A DNA stretch of 64,000 nt, from the NCBI GenBank assembly GCA_963727485.1, contig CAVSGM010000001.1:320001-384000 (forward strand), written 5' to 3'. The notes beneath the pieces were generated by a model that was given only the letters and a program-made list of their open reading frames with translations, was not told the origin of the DNA and made no database searches. The stretch is from an uncultured delta proteobacterium. Its GTDB lineage: Bacteria; Myxococcota; Myxococcia; SLRQ01. This document shows, piece after piece, positions 37,139 to 47,551 of this stretch; position 1 is the first letter of the stretch, and each line of letters begins with the position of its first letter. The translations under genes were made by a program, and so were the position numbers.

Positions 37139-38586
37139 GGCGTCCCCCCTCCGGCGTCGGCGCCGGGGCCGGTGAGCAGGTAGAGCCAGGTGGCCTTGCC
37201 GTCCCAGCTCGCCACCACCACCGCCGGGCGGCCGCCGGGGCCGAGATCGCCGGCCGCGAGGGCGCGGATGGTGCCCGGGACGGTGCGCCGGGCGCGGATC
37301 CGGCCGCCCGGGGTGGCGATCACCAGCTGGTCCCGGGCCCCCGGGGGCCCGGCCGCGGTGCCCACCCGCTCGGGGGTCCCGTCCCCGTCGAGGTCGGCGA
37401 GGGCGAGGCCGGCGCCCACCGGGGCGTCGGGGAGGGCGCCGCCCGAGGCGTCGCGGCGCGCGGCCCGGGCCTCGGGGCCCGCGAGCCACTCCAGGTGCCA
37501 GGTGGCGTCGACCACCGCCACCGCCTCGCCGCCGGGGCCCACCGCGGCGCTGACCACCTCGGCCCGGGCGTCGAGGTGCACCGCGGGGCCTTGGGCTCGG
37601 ACCAGGCGCAGCTCCCGGGCGAAGGTGCCGGCGCCCGGGACCGGGGTGCCATAGAGGATGGCGCCGCCCCCGGCGGCGAGCGGCACCTGGGGGAGGCGCG
37701 CGAGGTGGGTGAGGGCGTGGCCGTCGAAGGTGAGGACCTCGCCCTCGAGGTGGCCGGTGTCGCCGTAGGCCACCGCGGGCGCGAGGGCGATGGGGGCCAC
37801 CACCACGCCCCCGGCGGGATCCCGCGCCACCGCGTCGGCGGGGCGCCGGCCCCCGAGGCCGTGGGTGGCGAGGACCGAGGGCCCCCGGGGGCCGAGGTCC
37901 ACCAGGGACAGGGCGCGATCGGTGAGGACGGCGATGACCGGGGTGCCGTCGCCGGTGGCGTCCCCGGCGGCGACGGCGAGCGCCCGCCCGGGGACCTGGA
38001 GGAGCGGCCGGAGCAGCAGCCCGGGCAGGGGCTCGGAGGCCTCGGCGCTCCGGGCGAGGAGCCGGGCGGCGTCGTCGGCGGGGACCCGCGCCGCCACCGC
38101 CCGGGGCCGCCCGGAGAGCTCCCCGGTCCAGAAGTTCCGCCAGGTGGGGGTGAGGGTGCCGGTGAGCAGGAGGGTGCCGGAGGTGAGGTGGAGGGTCACC
38201 TCGAGGAGGGTGTCGGCGCCGGCGTGGAGGGCGGCGTCGAGGGCGTGGGCGTGGTCGCCGTCGACCCGGACCACGTGGAGGAAGCCGGCGTCGTGGCGGA
38301 GGTCGGCGGCGAGGAGCCTCGCCTCGAGGCGGCCGAGGTCGCCTCCGGCCACGGCGTCGTCCGGGCCCCCGGCGGCGGCGAAGGACAGGGCCACCGTGCC
38401 CCCCTCGACGCCCTGCCCCCGGGCCCGGGCCACGGCGGCGGCGAGGCGGTGCGCCACCCGGGCCACCGCCGGCCGGCCGTCGTCGGCGCGGGCGGGCCCG
38501 GGCGCCGCGAGGGCGAGGGCCGTCAGGGCGAAGGCCGTCAGGGCAAAGGCCGCGCGGGCCCCGAGGGTGAGCCGGCGGCGCCTCAT
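37135..38586 (-). CDS. Secreted FG-GAP/VCBS-repeat protein
   Basis: Signal peptide; repeats AAGDATGDG, ALADLDGDGTPE, AAGDLGPGG; ATGA-coupled to PBP1A. Confidence 0.7.
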   Translation of the reverse strand: MRRRRLTLGARAAFALTAFALTALALAAPGPARADDGRPAVARVAHRLAAAVARARGQGVEGGTVALSFAAAGGPDDAVAGGDLGRLEARLLAADLRHDAGFLHVVRVDGDHAHALDAALHAGADTLLEVTLHLTSGTLLLTGTLTPTWRNFWTGELSGRPRAVAARVPADDAARLLARSAEASEPLPGLLLRPLLQVPGRALAVAAGDATGDGTPVIAVLTDRALSLVDLGPRGPSVLATHGLGGRRPADAVARDPAGGVVVAPIALAPAVAYGDTGHLEGEVLTFDGHALTHLARLPQVPLAAGGGAILYGTPVPGAGTFARELRLVRAQGPAVHLDARAEVVSAAVGPGGEAVAVVDATWHLEWLAGPEARAARRDASGGALPDAPVGAGLALADLDGDGTPERVGTAAGPPGARDQLVIATPGGRIRARRTVPGTIRALAAGDLGPGGRPAVVVASWDGKATWLYLLTGPGADAGGGTP

Positions 38587-41270
38587 GGCTTCGGCCTCTG
38601 GGCCGAGAGCCGCTGGTCCACGAAGGGAAACGCGTCGGGCGAGAGCCCGTGGGGCGGCGCCACCTGGGTGGGCTCGGTCCCCGGGAGGAAGGGCTGGTAG
38701 ACCCCGGGGCTCCCGGGCGCCGCCAGCAGCCCCGTGTCCTGGTCCACCCGCACGAAGTCGATGTCCGGCGGTGCGGTGAAGCCCCGGACGTCCTTCCCCT
38801 GGAGGGCGGCGGACATGAACGCCTGCCACGCGGGCCCCGCGGCCCGGGCGCCGTACTCGTGGGGCCCGAGGGTCCGCGGGGTGTCGAAGCCCACCCAGGC
38901 CCCGGCGACCAGCCCCGGGGTGAAGCCCACGAACCAGGCGTCGCGCTGGTTGTTGGCGGTGCCGGTCTTCCCGGCGGCGGGGCGGCCGAGCTGCAGGTGC
39001 CGGCCGGTGCCGTCGGTGAGCACGCTCTCGAGGAGGTTGGTCACCAGGTAGCTCACCTCTGGCGAGAGGGTCTGCGTCGGGTGCCCCTGGTGGCGGTAGA
39101 GGACGGTGCCGTCGGGGGCGTCGACCTCGAGGATCAGCGCCGGGTCGTCGTGGACGCCCCCGGCGGCGAAGGTGGTGTAGGCGTTGGTCATCTCCAGGGG
39201 CGTGACCTCGCCGGTCCCCAGCGCCAGGGGGAGGAAGTGGGGCAGGGCGCTGGTGATCCCCGCCCGGCGGGCGAAGTCGATGACCTTGTCGATGCCCACG
39301 TTGGCGAGCACCCGCACCGCCACCACGTTCTTCGACTCGGCCAGGGCCCGGCGCAGGCTCATCTCGCCCTCGAAGCCCGCCTCGGCGTCCTCGGGCTTCC
39401 ACACCTGGCCGCTCCAGGGATCGCGGATGACCTCCGGGGCGTCGAGGACCCGGCTGGCCACGGTGTACTGCTTGCTCTGAAGCGCCGCCCCGTAGACGAA
39501 GGGCTTGAAGGAGCTGCCGGGCTGGCGCTTGGCCTGGGTGGCCCGGTCGAACTGGCTCTTGGCGGCGTCGTAGCCGCCGACCAGCGCCAGCACGTGGCGG
39601 TCGGTGGGGTCGATGGCCACCAGGGCGCCCTCCACCCTGGGCACCTGGCCCAGGGTGCCGGGGAGCTCGGGGAGGGTCGCCGGTGCCGGGGCCCGCTTGC
39701 GCGTGGCGTCCTCGGACCGCACCAGGGGCGCGGTGTCGCCGACCTCGCCGAGGCGCACCTCCACCACGTCCCCGACCCCGACCACGTCGGAGATCGACCG
39801 CGGGGGGCGGGTGTAGCGCGCCGGGTCGAAGGGGCGGGCCCACTTGAGGCCCTCGAGGTGGAGCACCACCCGGGCGGTCCCCAGGTCCACGTCGGCGGTG
39901 CCGGCCTTGGGGTTGACCGCGGTCACCAGCCCGCCGACCAGGGTGTCGGGGTCGGGGCGGGCAAGGGTCACCGGCGCCGCCGGCGCGTGGGCCGGGTCCC
40001 AGCCACGCAGGCCCGAGAGGTCCCAGACCACCGGGTCGTCGTCGAGGCCGCGCTGGCGCCGCCGGTCGACCTGCTTCACGAAGGCCTCGGCCACCGCCTG
40101 GCGCGCGGGGCGGTCGAGGTGGATCAGCGGCCCGCGGTAGCCCTGGCGCCGGTCCACGGATCGGAGGGTGTCCTTCACCGCGGCCTCGGCGTCGCCCTGG
40201 AGCCGGCTGTCCATGGCCACCTTCACCGTGAGCCCGGCGCCGAAGACGTTCGCCTTCCCGAAGCGGTCGACCAGGCGCTGGGTGACCTCCTTGACGTACC
40301 AGGCCCCCGGGGGCTTCGGCGGGGTGGGCGCGAGGTTCAGGGGCTCGGCCCGGGCGGCGTCGGCCTGGGCCTTGGTGACGAAGCCGTCGGCGACCATCCG
40401 CCCCAGCACGTAGGCCTGCCGCTTGCGGGCGTGCTTGGGGTAGCGCTTGGGCGAGTAGTACGCCGGGGCCTTGGGCAGCCCCGCGAGGATCGAGGCCTCG
40501 GCGAGATCGACGTCGTGGACGGGCTTGCCGAAGTAGAACTCCGAGGCGGCCTCCACGCCGTAGCGCCCGTGGCCGAAGTAGATCTGGTTGAGGTAGAGGT
40601 AGAGGATCTCGTCCTTGGAGAGGTGGCGCTCGAGGCGGGTGGCGAGGATCATCTCCCGGATCTTCCGGGTGAAGGTGCGCCTGGGGGTGAGGAGGAAGGT
40701 CTTGACCACCTGCTGGGTGATGGTGCTCGCACCCTGCTTCACCCGCATCGCCAGGACGTCCTTGATCGCCGCCCGGAGGATGCCGCCGTAGTCGAGGCCC
40801 TGGTGCTCGAAGAAGTGCTCGTCCTCGGCGGCGACGATGGCGTGGATGAGCACCGGCGGCATGTCCGAGTAGGGGACCACCGTGCGCCGCTCCTGGAAGA
40901 GCCGGCCGACCACCTGGCCGTCGGCGCTCACGATCCGGGTGGTCTGGAGCGGGTGGTAGTCCTTGAGGGTCTCGAAGGACGGGAGGTCGTGGGACAGCGA
41001 CCAGACCACCGCGGCGGCGAGGACGAGGCCCAGGGCCAGGCCCCCGAGAGCGAGGCGGCCGGCGACGGAGAGGAGGCGGCGGAGGCGGCCCGGGGGCGGG
41101 GGGGCGCCGGCGCCGGGATCGGGGGCGCCGGCGGGGACCTCGGGGGGCGGGGCGCCGGGATTGGGGGCGCCGGTGGGGCGCTCGGGAGGCGGGGCGTCGC
41201 CCGGGTCACCGTCCGCCGCGGGCCCTTCGGCGGCGGCCTTCATGCGCGCGATCTTGCGGGAGAGGGACAT
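38583..41270 (-). CDS. mrcA: Class A penicillin-binding protein PBP1A; start approximate
   Basis: Transglycosylase motifs EDEHFFEHQG, GASTITQQ, RKIRE, KDEILYLYLN; OB insert; transpeptidase motifs SSFK, SKN, KTG. Confidence 0.93.
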   Translation of the reverse strand: MSLSRKIARMKAAAEGPAADGDPGDAPPPERPTGAPNPGAPPPEVPAGAPDPGAGAPPPPGRLRRLLSVAGRLALGGLALGLVLAAAVVWSLSHDLPSFETLKDYHPLQTTRIVSADGQVVGRLFQERRTVVPYSDMPPVLIHAIVAAEDEHFFEHQGLDYGGILRAAIKDVLAMRVKQGASTITQQVVKTFLLTPRRTFTRKIREMILATRLERHLSKDEILYLYLNQIYFGHGRYGVEAASEFYFGKPVHDVDLAEASILAGLPKAPAYYSPKRYPKHARKRQAYVLGRMVADGFVTKAQADAARAEPLNLAPTPPKPPGAWYVKEVTQRLVDRFGKANVFGAGLTVKVAMDSRLQGDAEAAVKDTLRSVDRRQGYRGPLIHLDRPARQAVAEAFVKQVDRRRQRGLDDDPVVWDLSGLRGWDPAHAPAAPVTLARPDPDTLVGGLVTAVNPKAGTADVDLGTARVVLHLEGLKWARPFDPARYTRPPRSISDVVGVGDVVEVRLGEVGDTAPLVRSEDATRKRAPAPATLPELPGTLGQVPRVEGALVAIDPTDRHVLALVGGYDAAKSQFDRATQAKRQPGSSFKPFVYGAALQSKQYTVASRVLDAPEVIRDPWSGQVWKPEDAEAGFEGEMSLRRALAESKNVVAVRVLANVGIDKVIDFARRAGITSALPHFLPLALGTGEVTPLEMTNAYTTFAAGGVHDDPALILEVDAPDGTVLYRHQGHPTQTLSPEVSYLVTNLLESVLTDGTGRHLQLGRPAAGKTGTANNQRDAWFVGFTPGLVAGAWVGFDTPRTLGPHEYGARAAGPAWQAFMSAALQGKDVRGFTAPPDIDFVRVDQDTGLLAAPGSPGVYQPFLPGTEPTQVAPPHGLSPDAFPFVDQRLSAQRPKP

Positions 41271-41393
41271 GGGGGACCCCGGTGGTGGAGGCATCATAGG
41301 GGAATCGGCGGCGCCCTGCCGCTTCGCAACACGCAGGCGGACCCGGCCCTTCACGGCCGGGCCCGCCGGTGGGCGTCTGCCCACCCAGGGTGG

Positions 41394-42506
41394 TCAGGGA
41401 ACGGACGAGGGGCTTCCGGTGGTCGCGACGGGCTTCGGCGGCACCTCCTTTCCGGGGTTGGGCGTGGGCACGATCGCCGAGGGCAGGGTCACCAGGGGGC
41501 GGGCGGCGTCGGGGGGCGCGGCGAGGGCGAGCTGCCGAGCCACCCGGCGCCGGTTGAGGGTGGCGTCCACGTAGCCGGGCCGCATCGCCAGGGCCTGGTC
41601 GAAGGCCTCCCGGGCCTTCATCGGCGCCCCGGCCTTCTCGTAGGCGAGCCCCAGGTTGTTCCACATGTAGGCGCGCACCGGGGTCAGCGAGGTGGCGGTC
41701 TCGAGGGCCTTGACCGCCTGGTCGTACTCGCCGATGAGCAGGTGGACGTAGCCGGCGTTGTTGAAGGCCCAGACGTAGTGGGGGTCGAGGGTGGTGGCGC
41801 GGTCGAAGGCGATGAGGGCCCGGTCGTACTGCTGGCGGGCCATCTCCAGGCGGCCCTCGACGTTGAAGGCGTCGGCGCGCTTCGGGTCCCGGGTGACGGC
41901 GCGGTCGATGTAGTCGAGGCCCCGGGCGAGCTCCCCCCGACCCAGGCAGAGGCGGGCGGCGAGGACCAGGGGCTCGGCGGCGCCCGGGTCGTCGCTCGAG
42001 GCGGCGTCGAAGGCCTGGAAGGCGAGGTCGTCCTTGCCCAGGGCCCGGGCGGCGCGGCCCACGCCGAGGTGGGCGTCGTAGCCGCCGCCGTCGTAGACCG
42101 CCTCGCGGTAGTCGTCGAGGGCGGCCTGGGCGTCCCCCTTGGCGAGGGCCTGCTTGCCGGCGGCGAGGTGGTCTTCGCCCGGGTCCGCGCCGTGGGCGAG
42201 CGCCAGGGGGCTGACCTGCGGCAGGGGATCGGGGGCACCCGGATGGCCGGTGGCCGCGGGCTCGGGTCGGTCGGTGGGGCTGGGGACGGCGTCGGGCTGC
42301 CCGGCAGGGTCGGCGGCGGCGACCGGGGCCGGGGGCACGGCGCCGATGCCCCCGTCGCCGAGGGCGGCGGCCTGGGCGCCGGGCTCGGGGGCCGGGCGGT
42401 CGTGGCAGCCGGCGTAGCCGACGAAGGCGAGGACGGTGATGGCGGGGAGGGCGAGCCACGCCGGGCCGAGGCGGCGGCGGGGCCTTTCAGGGGCATCGAA
42501 GATCAT
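41394..42506 (-). CDS. Membrane-anchored TPR protein
   Basis: N-terminal hydrophobic anchor, Pro/Ala linker and TPRs (AFNVEG, AFNNAGY, MWNNLGLAY); AAGGAG RBS. Confidence 0.85.
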   Translation of the reverse strand: MIFDAPERPRRRLGPAWLALPAITVLAFVGYAGCHDRPAPEPGAQAAALGDGGIGAVPPAPVAAADPAGQPDAVPSPTDRPEPAATGHPGAPDPLPQVSPLALAHGADPGEDHLAAGKQALAKGDAQAALDDYREAVYDGGGYDAHLGVGRAARALGKDDLAFQAFDAASSDDPGAAEPLVLAARLCLGRGELARGLDYIDRAVTRDPKRADAFNVEGRLEMARQQYDRALIAFDRATTLDPHYVWAFNNAGYVHLLIGEYDQAVKALETATSLTPVRAYMWNNLGLAYEKAGAPMKAREAFDQALAMRPGYVDATLNRRRVARQLALAAPPDAARPLVTLPSAIVPTPNPGKEVPPKPVATTGSPSSVP

Positions 42507-42561
42507 GGGCGGTCTCTCCTTGAGAGGGCTCGCGGCGGCGTGCCGCGATGGCTCTGGAGAG

Positions 42562-42577
42562 AGCAGCGCCCGTGCCA
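42562..42577 (-). promoter_or_regulatory. sigma54 (-24/-12) promoter upstream of the TPR-PBP1A cluster
   Basis: Minus strand TGGCACGGGCGCTGCT, correct GG-N10-GC spacing. Confidence 0.7.
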
Positions 42578-42640
42578 GGGGCCTGGGTCCCGCTCAACCG
42601 CCTGGAATTACGTGGCTCTCCTGGGCGGCGTCGAGGCGGG

Positions 42641-42660
42641 GCGTGTCCGTCGTGACACGC
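42641..42660. promoter_or_regulatory. Inverted repeat, candidate enhancer (UAS) for a sigma54 activator
   Basis: GCGTGTC-CGTCGT-GACACGC, perfect 7-bp arms, ~65-85 nt upstream of the -24 box. Confidence 0.5.
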
Positions 42661-42705
42661 GCCGAGGGTGCCGGGACGCCCGCCGCCGGGCCGCCCGCCG
42701 GGGGC

Positions 42706-44076
<1,371 letters not shown>

Positions 44077-44085
44077 GCCCCCGTT

Positions 44086-45522
44086 CTACACCTCGATGTG
44101 CTTCCAGCGCCCCCGGTAGAACGTGTAGCCCATGATGCTGGCGATGAGGATCACGTAGACCACCGCGCCCATCCACATGCCCACCAGCTTGAGATCGAGG
44201 ACCACCCCGAAGAGGTAGGCCAGCGGCACCAGGCACAGGAAGTGGAGGCAGAGCTCCACGTACATCACGAACTTGGCCGCCCCGGCGCCGAACATCGCCT
44301 GCATCAGGATCATGGCGGCGGCGATGAGCCCCTCCACGCACCCGAGCATCCGCATCACCGGGAGCGCCGCCTGGATGACCGCCTGGTCCTTGGAGAAGAT
44401 GGCGATGAGCACCTCGGGCCAGATGGCGGTGAGCAGCCCGAAGACCCCGAAGATGTAGATCCCGAGCTTCACCGAGGCCCAGCCGTAGAGCTCGGCGCGC
44501 CGCGTCTTCCCCTTGCCCATGGCCTGGCCCACCAGGGTGGCGGTGGCGGTGCCAAAGGCGATGCAGCTCATGAAGGTGATCGAGAGGATGTCGATGATCA
44601 CCTTGGTGGCGGCGGTGAACACCGCCCCGTGGCCGGCGACGGCGTCGAGGTGGGCGACGATCTTCAGGAACATCAGGAACCCGGTCATCATCGCCACCGT
44701 CGCCACCCCCGAGGGGATGCCGAAGCGGATGATGTCCCACATCACCCTGGGGTTCCAGTTGGACAGCCGGAAGGGGCGGAAGCGCCGGCGGACGTCGGGG
44801 ACGAGGGTCCAGCCGAGCATCACCGCCAGGCCCACGTAGGTGGCGATGGTGGAGGCGACGGCGGCGCCGGTGGGGCCCATGGCCGGGGCGCCGAGGTGGC
44901 CGAAGACCAGCACCCAGTCGCCGAAGATGTTCAGCAGGTTCATCACCACCGCGGCGACCAGGTGGACGTAGGTCCGGCCGATGCCGTCGAAGAAGCCCTG
45001 GGCCGAGGCGGTGGCGACCATGGAGAGGACGCCGATGAGCCGCACCTGGAGGTAGGGCACGCCCCAGCGGACCACCTGGGCGTCGCCGTCGAGGAGCGGG
45101 AAGAGGTGGGGGATGGACCAGATGGCGACGGCGGAGAGGACGATGGATGCCGAGAACGCCACCGCCAGGCTGTTGGCCAGCGCCCGGCCCGAGAGGGCGG
45201 GGTTGCCCTCGCCGAAGCGCCTCGAGGCGACCGCCTGGGTGCCCACCTGGATGGACGAGAGGAACCCGCCGATGGCCCAGTACAGCGGGAGGCTGATCCC
45301 GAGGGCGGCCTGGCCGGGGACCGAGATGGCCTCCGGGAGCCGGCCCACCATGGCGGTGTCCACCAGGTTGACCGCGGTCTGGGTCAGCATGCCCAGGATC
45401 ACCGGCCAGGCGAGGCCGAGGATCACCCGGGCGTGGTGCCGGCTCACCCCGAAGCCCCCGACGGTCGCGAGGAAGCCCCGCGGCGGCCCCGGGAGAGCGG
45501 GAGGTGACCGGACTTCTGCCAT
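44086..45522 (-). CDS. MATE family efflux transporter
   Basis: LAWPV..NLVDTAMVGRL, NIFGDWVLVFG..PAMGPTGAAVAS, TLVGQAMG; about 12 TMs. Confidence 0.92.
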   Translation of the reverse strand: MAEVRSPPALPGPPRGFLATVGGFGVSRHHARVILGLAWPVILGMLTQTAVNLVDTAMVGRLPEAISVPGQAALGISLPLYWAIGGFLSSIQVGTQAVASRRFGEGNPALSGRALANSLAVAFSASIVLSAVAIWSIPHLFPLLDGDAQVVRWGVPYLQVRLIGVLSMVATASAQGFFDGIGRTYVHLVAAVVMNLLNIFGDWVLVFGHLGAPAMGPTGAAVASTIATYVGLAVMLGWTLVPDVRRRFRPFRLSNWNPRVMWDIIRFGIPSGVATVAMMTGFLMFLKIVAHLDAVAGHGAVFTAATKVIIDILSITFMSCIAFGTATATLVGQAMGKGKTRRAELYGWASVKLGIYIFGVFGLLTAIWPEVLIAIFSKDQAVIQAALPVMRMLGCVEGLIAAAMILMQAMFGAGAAKFVMYVELCLHFLCLVPLAYLFGVVLDLKLVGMWMGAVVYVILIASIMGYTFYRGRWKHIEV

Positions 45523-45700
45523 GAAGCGGATTCCAGGAGGTGGGTCGGAAGACCGGTTGGAGGGGACCGGCGCGGCGGCGCGGCAGGCTACTCCGGCGGC
45601 GCCGATGGAGGCAATACCGGGGCTTGGGGGGCTGGCGCACCCGGGGAGCCGGGGTGGGTCCGGGTCGTACTTACCCGAGGGGCGGGGGCCCCGCTTTTGG

Positions 45701-45729
45701 TTGACGGGCTCCGGGACGGGTCATACAAG
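45701..45729 (+). promoter_or_regulatory. Candidate sigma70-type promoter for pal-cpoB
   Basis: TTGACG-N17-TACAAG in the divergent intergenic region. Confidence 0.45.
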
Positions 45730-45860
45730 AGGCGGCCACGGCAGCTGATACGCATTTCCAAGTAGCCTTCGCGCCGGAACGATGCGGTGGAACGGTCCGG
45801 CCCGGGGGCTAAAGAACGCAGTCCCCGCCGCGACCCGCGCAGACCCTGGGGAGTCATTCG

Positions 45861-46649
45861 ATGAAGACGGCACGCCTTCTGACCTTCGCTGGACTTGGTT
45901 TCCTGATGCTCACCGCCGCCGGCTGCAAGCCGCCCTGGCCCAAGTGCAAGACCTCGGACCAGTGCCAGAAGGACGACAAGGGCCAGGTGGTCAACTACGT
46001 CTGCGTCCAGGGCACCTGCAAGGAGTGCGGCGCGGACACCGACTGCAAGACCGGCTTCATCTGCCGGGAGAACGCCTGCGTGCCCAAGCCCGAGTGCGAG
46101 ACCAACACCGACTGCACCGGCGGCATGATCTGCAAGAACGAGAAGTGCGTGCCCGAGTGCACCGCCGACACCGACTGCGCCACCGGGATGAAGTGCCAGG
46201 CCAACAAGTGCGTGCCCAAGGCCGAGTGCACCGCCAACGCCGACTGCGGCGAGGGCCAGGCGTGCAGCCCCGAGGGCAAGTGCGTGAAGGCCGCCCCCAC
46301 CTGCGAGATGCAGACGGTGCACTTCGACTTCAACTCCGCCGACCTCACCGATGAGGCCCGGACCACCCTGGAGCAGGACGCCACCTGCCTCAAGCAGCGG
46401 GCCACCCAGCCCGTCACCCTCGAGGGCAACTGCGACGAGCGCGGCACCGAGGAGTACAACCTCGCCCTCGGCGAGAAGCGCGCCAACGCGGTCAAGAAGT
46501 ACCTCGCCAACCTCGGCGTCCAGGAGAGCCGGATGAAGACGGTCTCCTACGGCGAGGAGCGGCCCGTGTGCACCCAGCACACCGACGACTGCTGGTCCCA
46601 GAACCGCCGGGTCGACTTCGAGCTGCAGCCCGCCCCGGCGGGCATGTAG
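45861..46649 (+). CDS. pal: Pal/OmpA-family peptidoglycan-associated lipoprotein with N-terminal Cys-rich repeats
   Basis: Lipobox TAAGC, ECxxxxDCxxGxxC repeats, VHFDFNS, EGNCDERGTEEYNLALGEKRA, VSYGEERP, NRRVDF; followed by cpoB. Confidence 0.85.
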   Translation: MKTARLLTFAGLGFLMLTAAGCKPPWPKCKTSDQCQKDDKGQVVNYVCVQGTCKECGADTDCKTGFICRENACVPKPECETNTDCTGGMICKNEKCVPECTADTDCATGMKCQANKCVPKAECTANADCGEGQACSPEGKCVKAAPTCEMQTVHFDFNSADLTDEARTTLEQDATCLKQRATQPVTLEGNCDERGTEEYNLALGEKRANAVKKYLANLGVQESRMKTVSYGEERPVCTQHTDDCWSQNRRVDFELQPAPAGM

Positions 46650-46675
46650 ACCCGCCAACCGGGGTTCCCGAAGAC

Positions 46676-47551
46676 ATGCGTTCGAACCTCGCTGGCCACC
46701 GCCGCCCCCGCGCCCTCGTCGCGGTGGGCGGCGTCGTGCTTCTGCTGGCCTCCGGCTGCGTCACCACCGCCGAGCAGGGCCGGCGGATGCGCCACGACAT
46801 CGACACCCTCCAGGGGCGGGTCGACGGGCTGCGCCGGGACGTGGAGAGCCAGAAGTCCGACATGGCGAACGTCCAGGCGACCCTCCAGAAGGTCGACGGC
46901 CGCCTCGACGCCATCGAGAAGACCCTCCAGTCGGTGGGCTTCCGCGCCCAGAAGAACGACGCCAACTTCGGGGCCACCGTCGACCAGGTCCAGGGCGAGA
47001 TCCAGACCCTCAAGGGCACCCTCGAGGAGCTGCGCCACGACATCGACCAGGTGACCCAGGGCCAGACCGACTACCAGCAGAAGGTCGACCAGCAGCTCGC
47101 CAGCCTCAAGGGCGCCCAGGCGGCCAAGGCCTTCCAGGCCAAGCAGGAGGCGAAGAAGCTCGCCACCCCCACCGAGCCCGGGCCGTTCCTGGAGCTGGCG
47201 CGCCAGAAGGTGAAGGCCAAGCAGTACGACGTGGCCCAGAACCTCCTCAAGCAGTTCCTCAAGAAGTGGCCCAAGGACAAGGGCGCCGCCGAGGCCCAGC
47301 TCCTCCTCGCCGACACCTACTTCGCCCAGCAGGCGTGGCGGCCGGCGATCCTCGAGTACAACCGGTTCCGGGAGCACCACCCCAAGGACCGGGCGATGCC
47401 GAGGGCGCTGCTGCGCATCGGCGAGGCCTTCGCCAGGATCGACCTCAAGCCCGAGGCCGGGAAGTTCTTCGACGCCCTGATCCACCGGTACCCGCACTCG
47501 AAGGAGGCGCGGCAGGCGCGCCACCTCAAGCGGGGGCTCCGGGGCAAGTGA
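46676..47551 (+). CDS. cpoB: CpoB/YbgF-like coiled-coil plus TPR lipoprotein
   Basis: Lipobox LASGC, coiled coil, TPR AAEAQLLLADTYF...ALLRIGEAF...LIHRYPHS; directly after pal. Confidence 0.82.
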   Translation: MRSNLAGHRRPRALVAVGGVVLLLASGCVTTAEQGRRMRHDIDTLQGRVDGLRRDVESQKSDMANVQATLQKVDGRLDAIEKTLQSVGFRAQKNDANFGATVDQVQGEIQTLKGTLEELRHDIDQVTQGQTDYQQKVDQQLASLKGAQAAKAFQAKQEAKKLATPTEPGPFLELARQKVKAKQYDVAQNLLKQFLKKWPKDKGAAEAQLLLADTYFAQQAWRPAILEYNRFREHHPKDRAMPRALLRIGEAFARIDLKPEAGKFFDALIHRYPHSKEARQARHLKRGLRGK

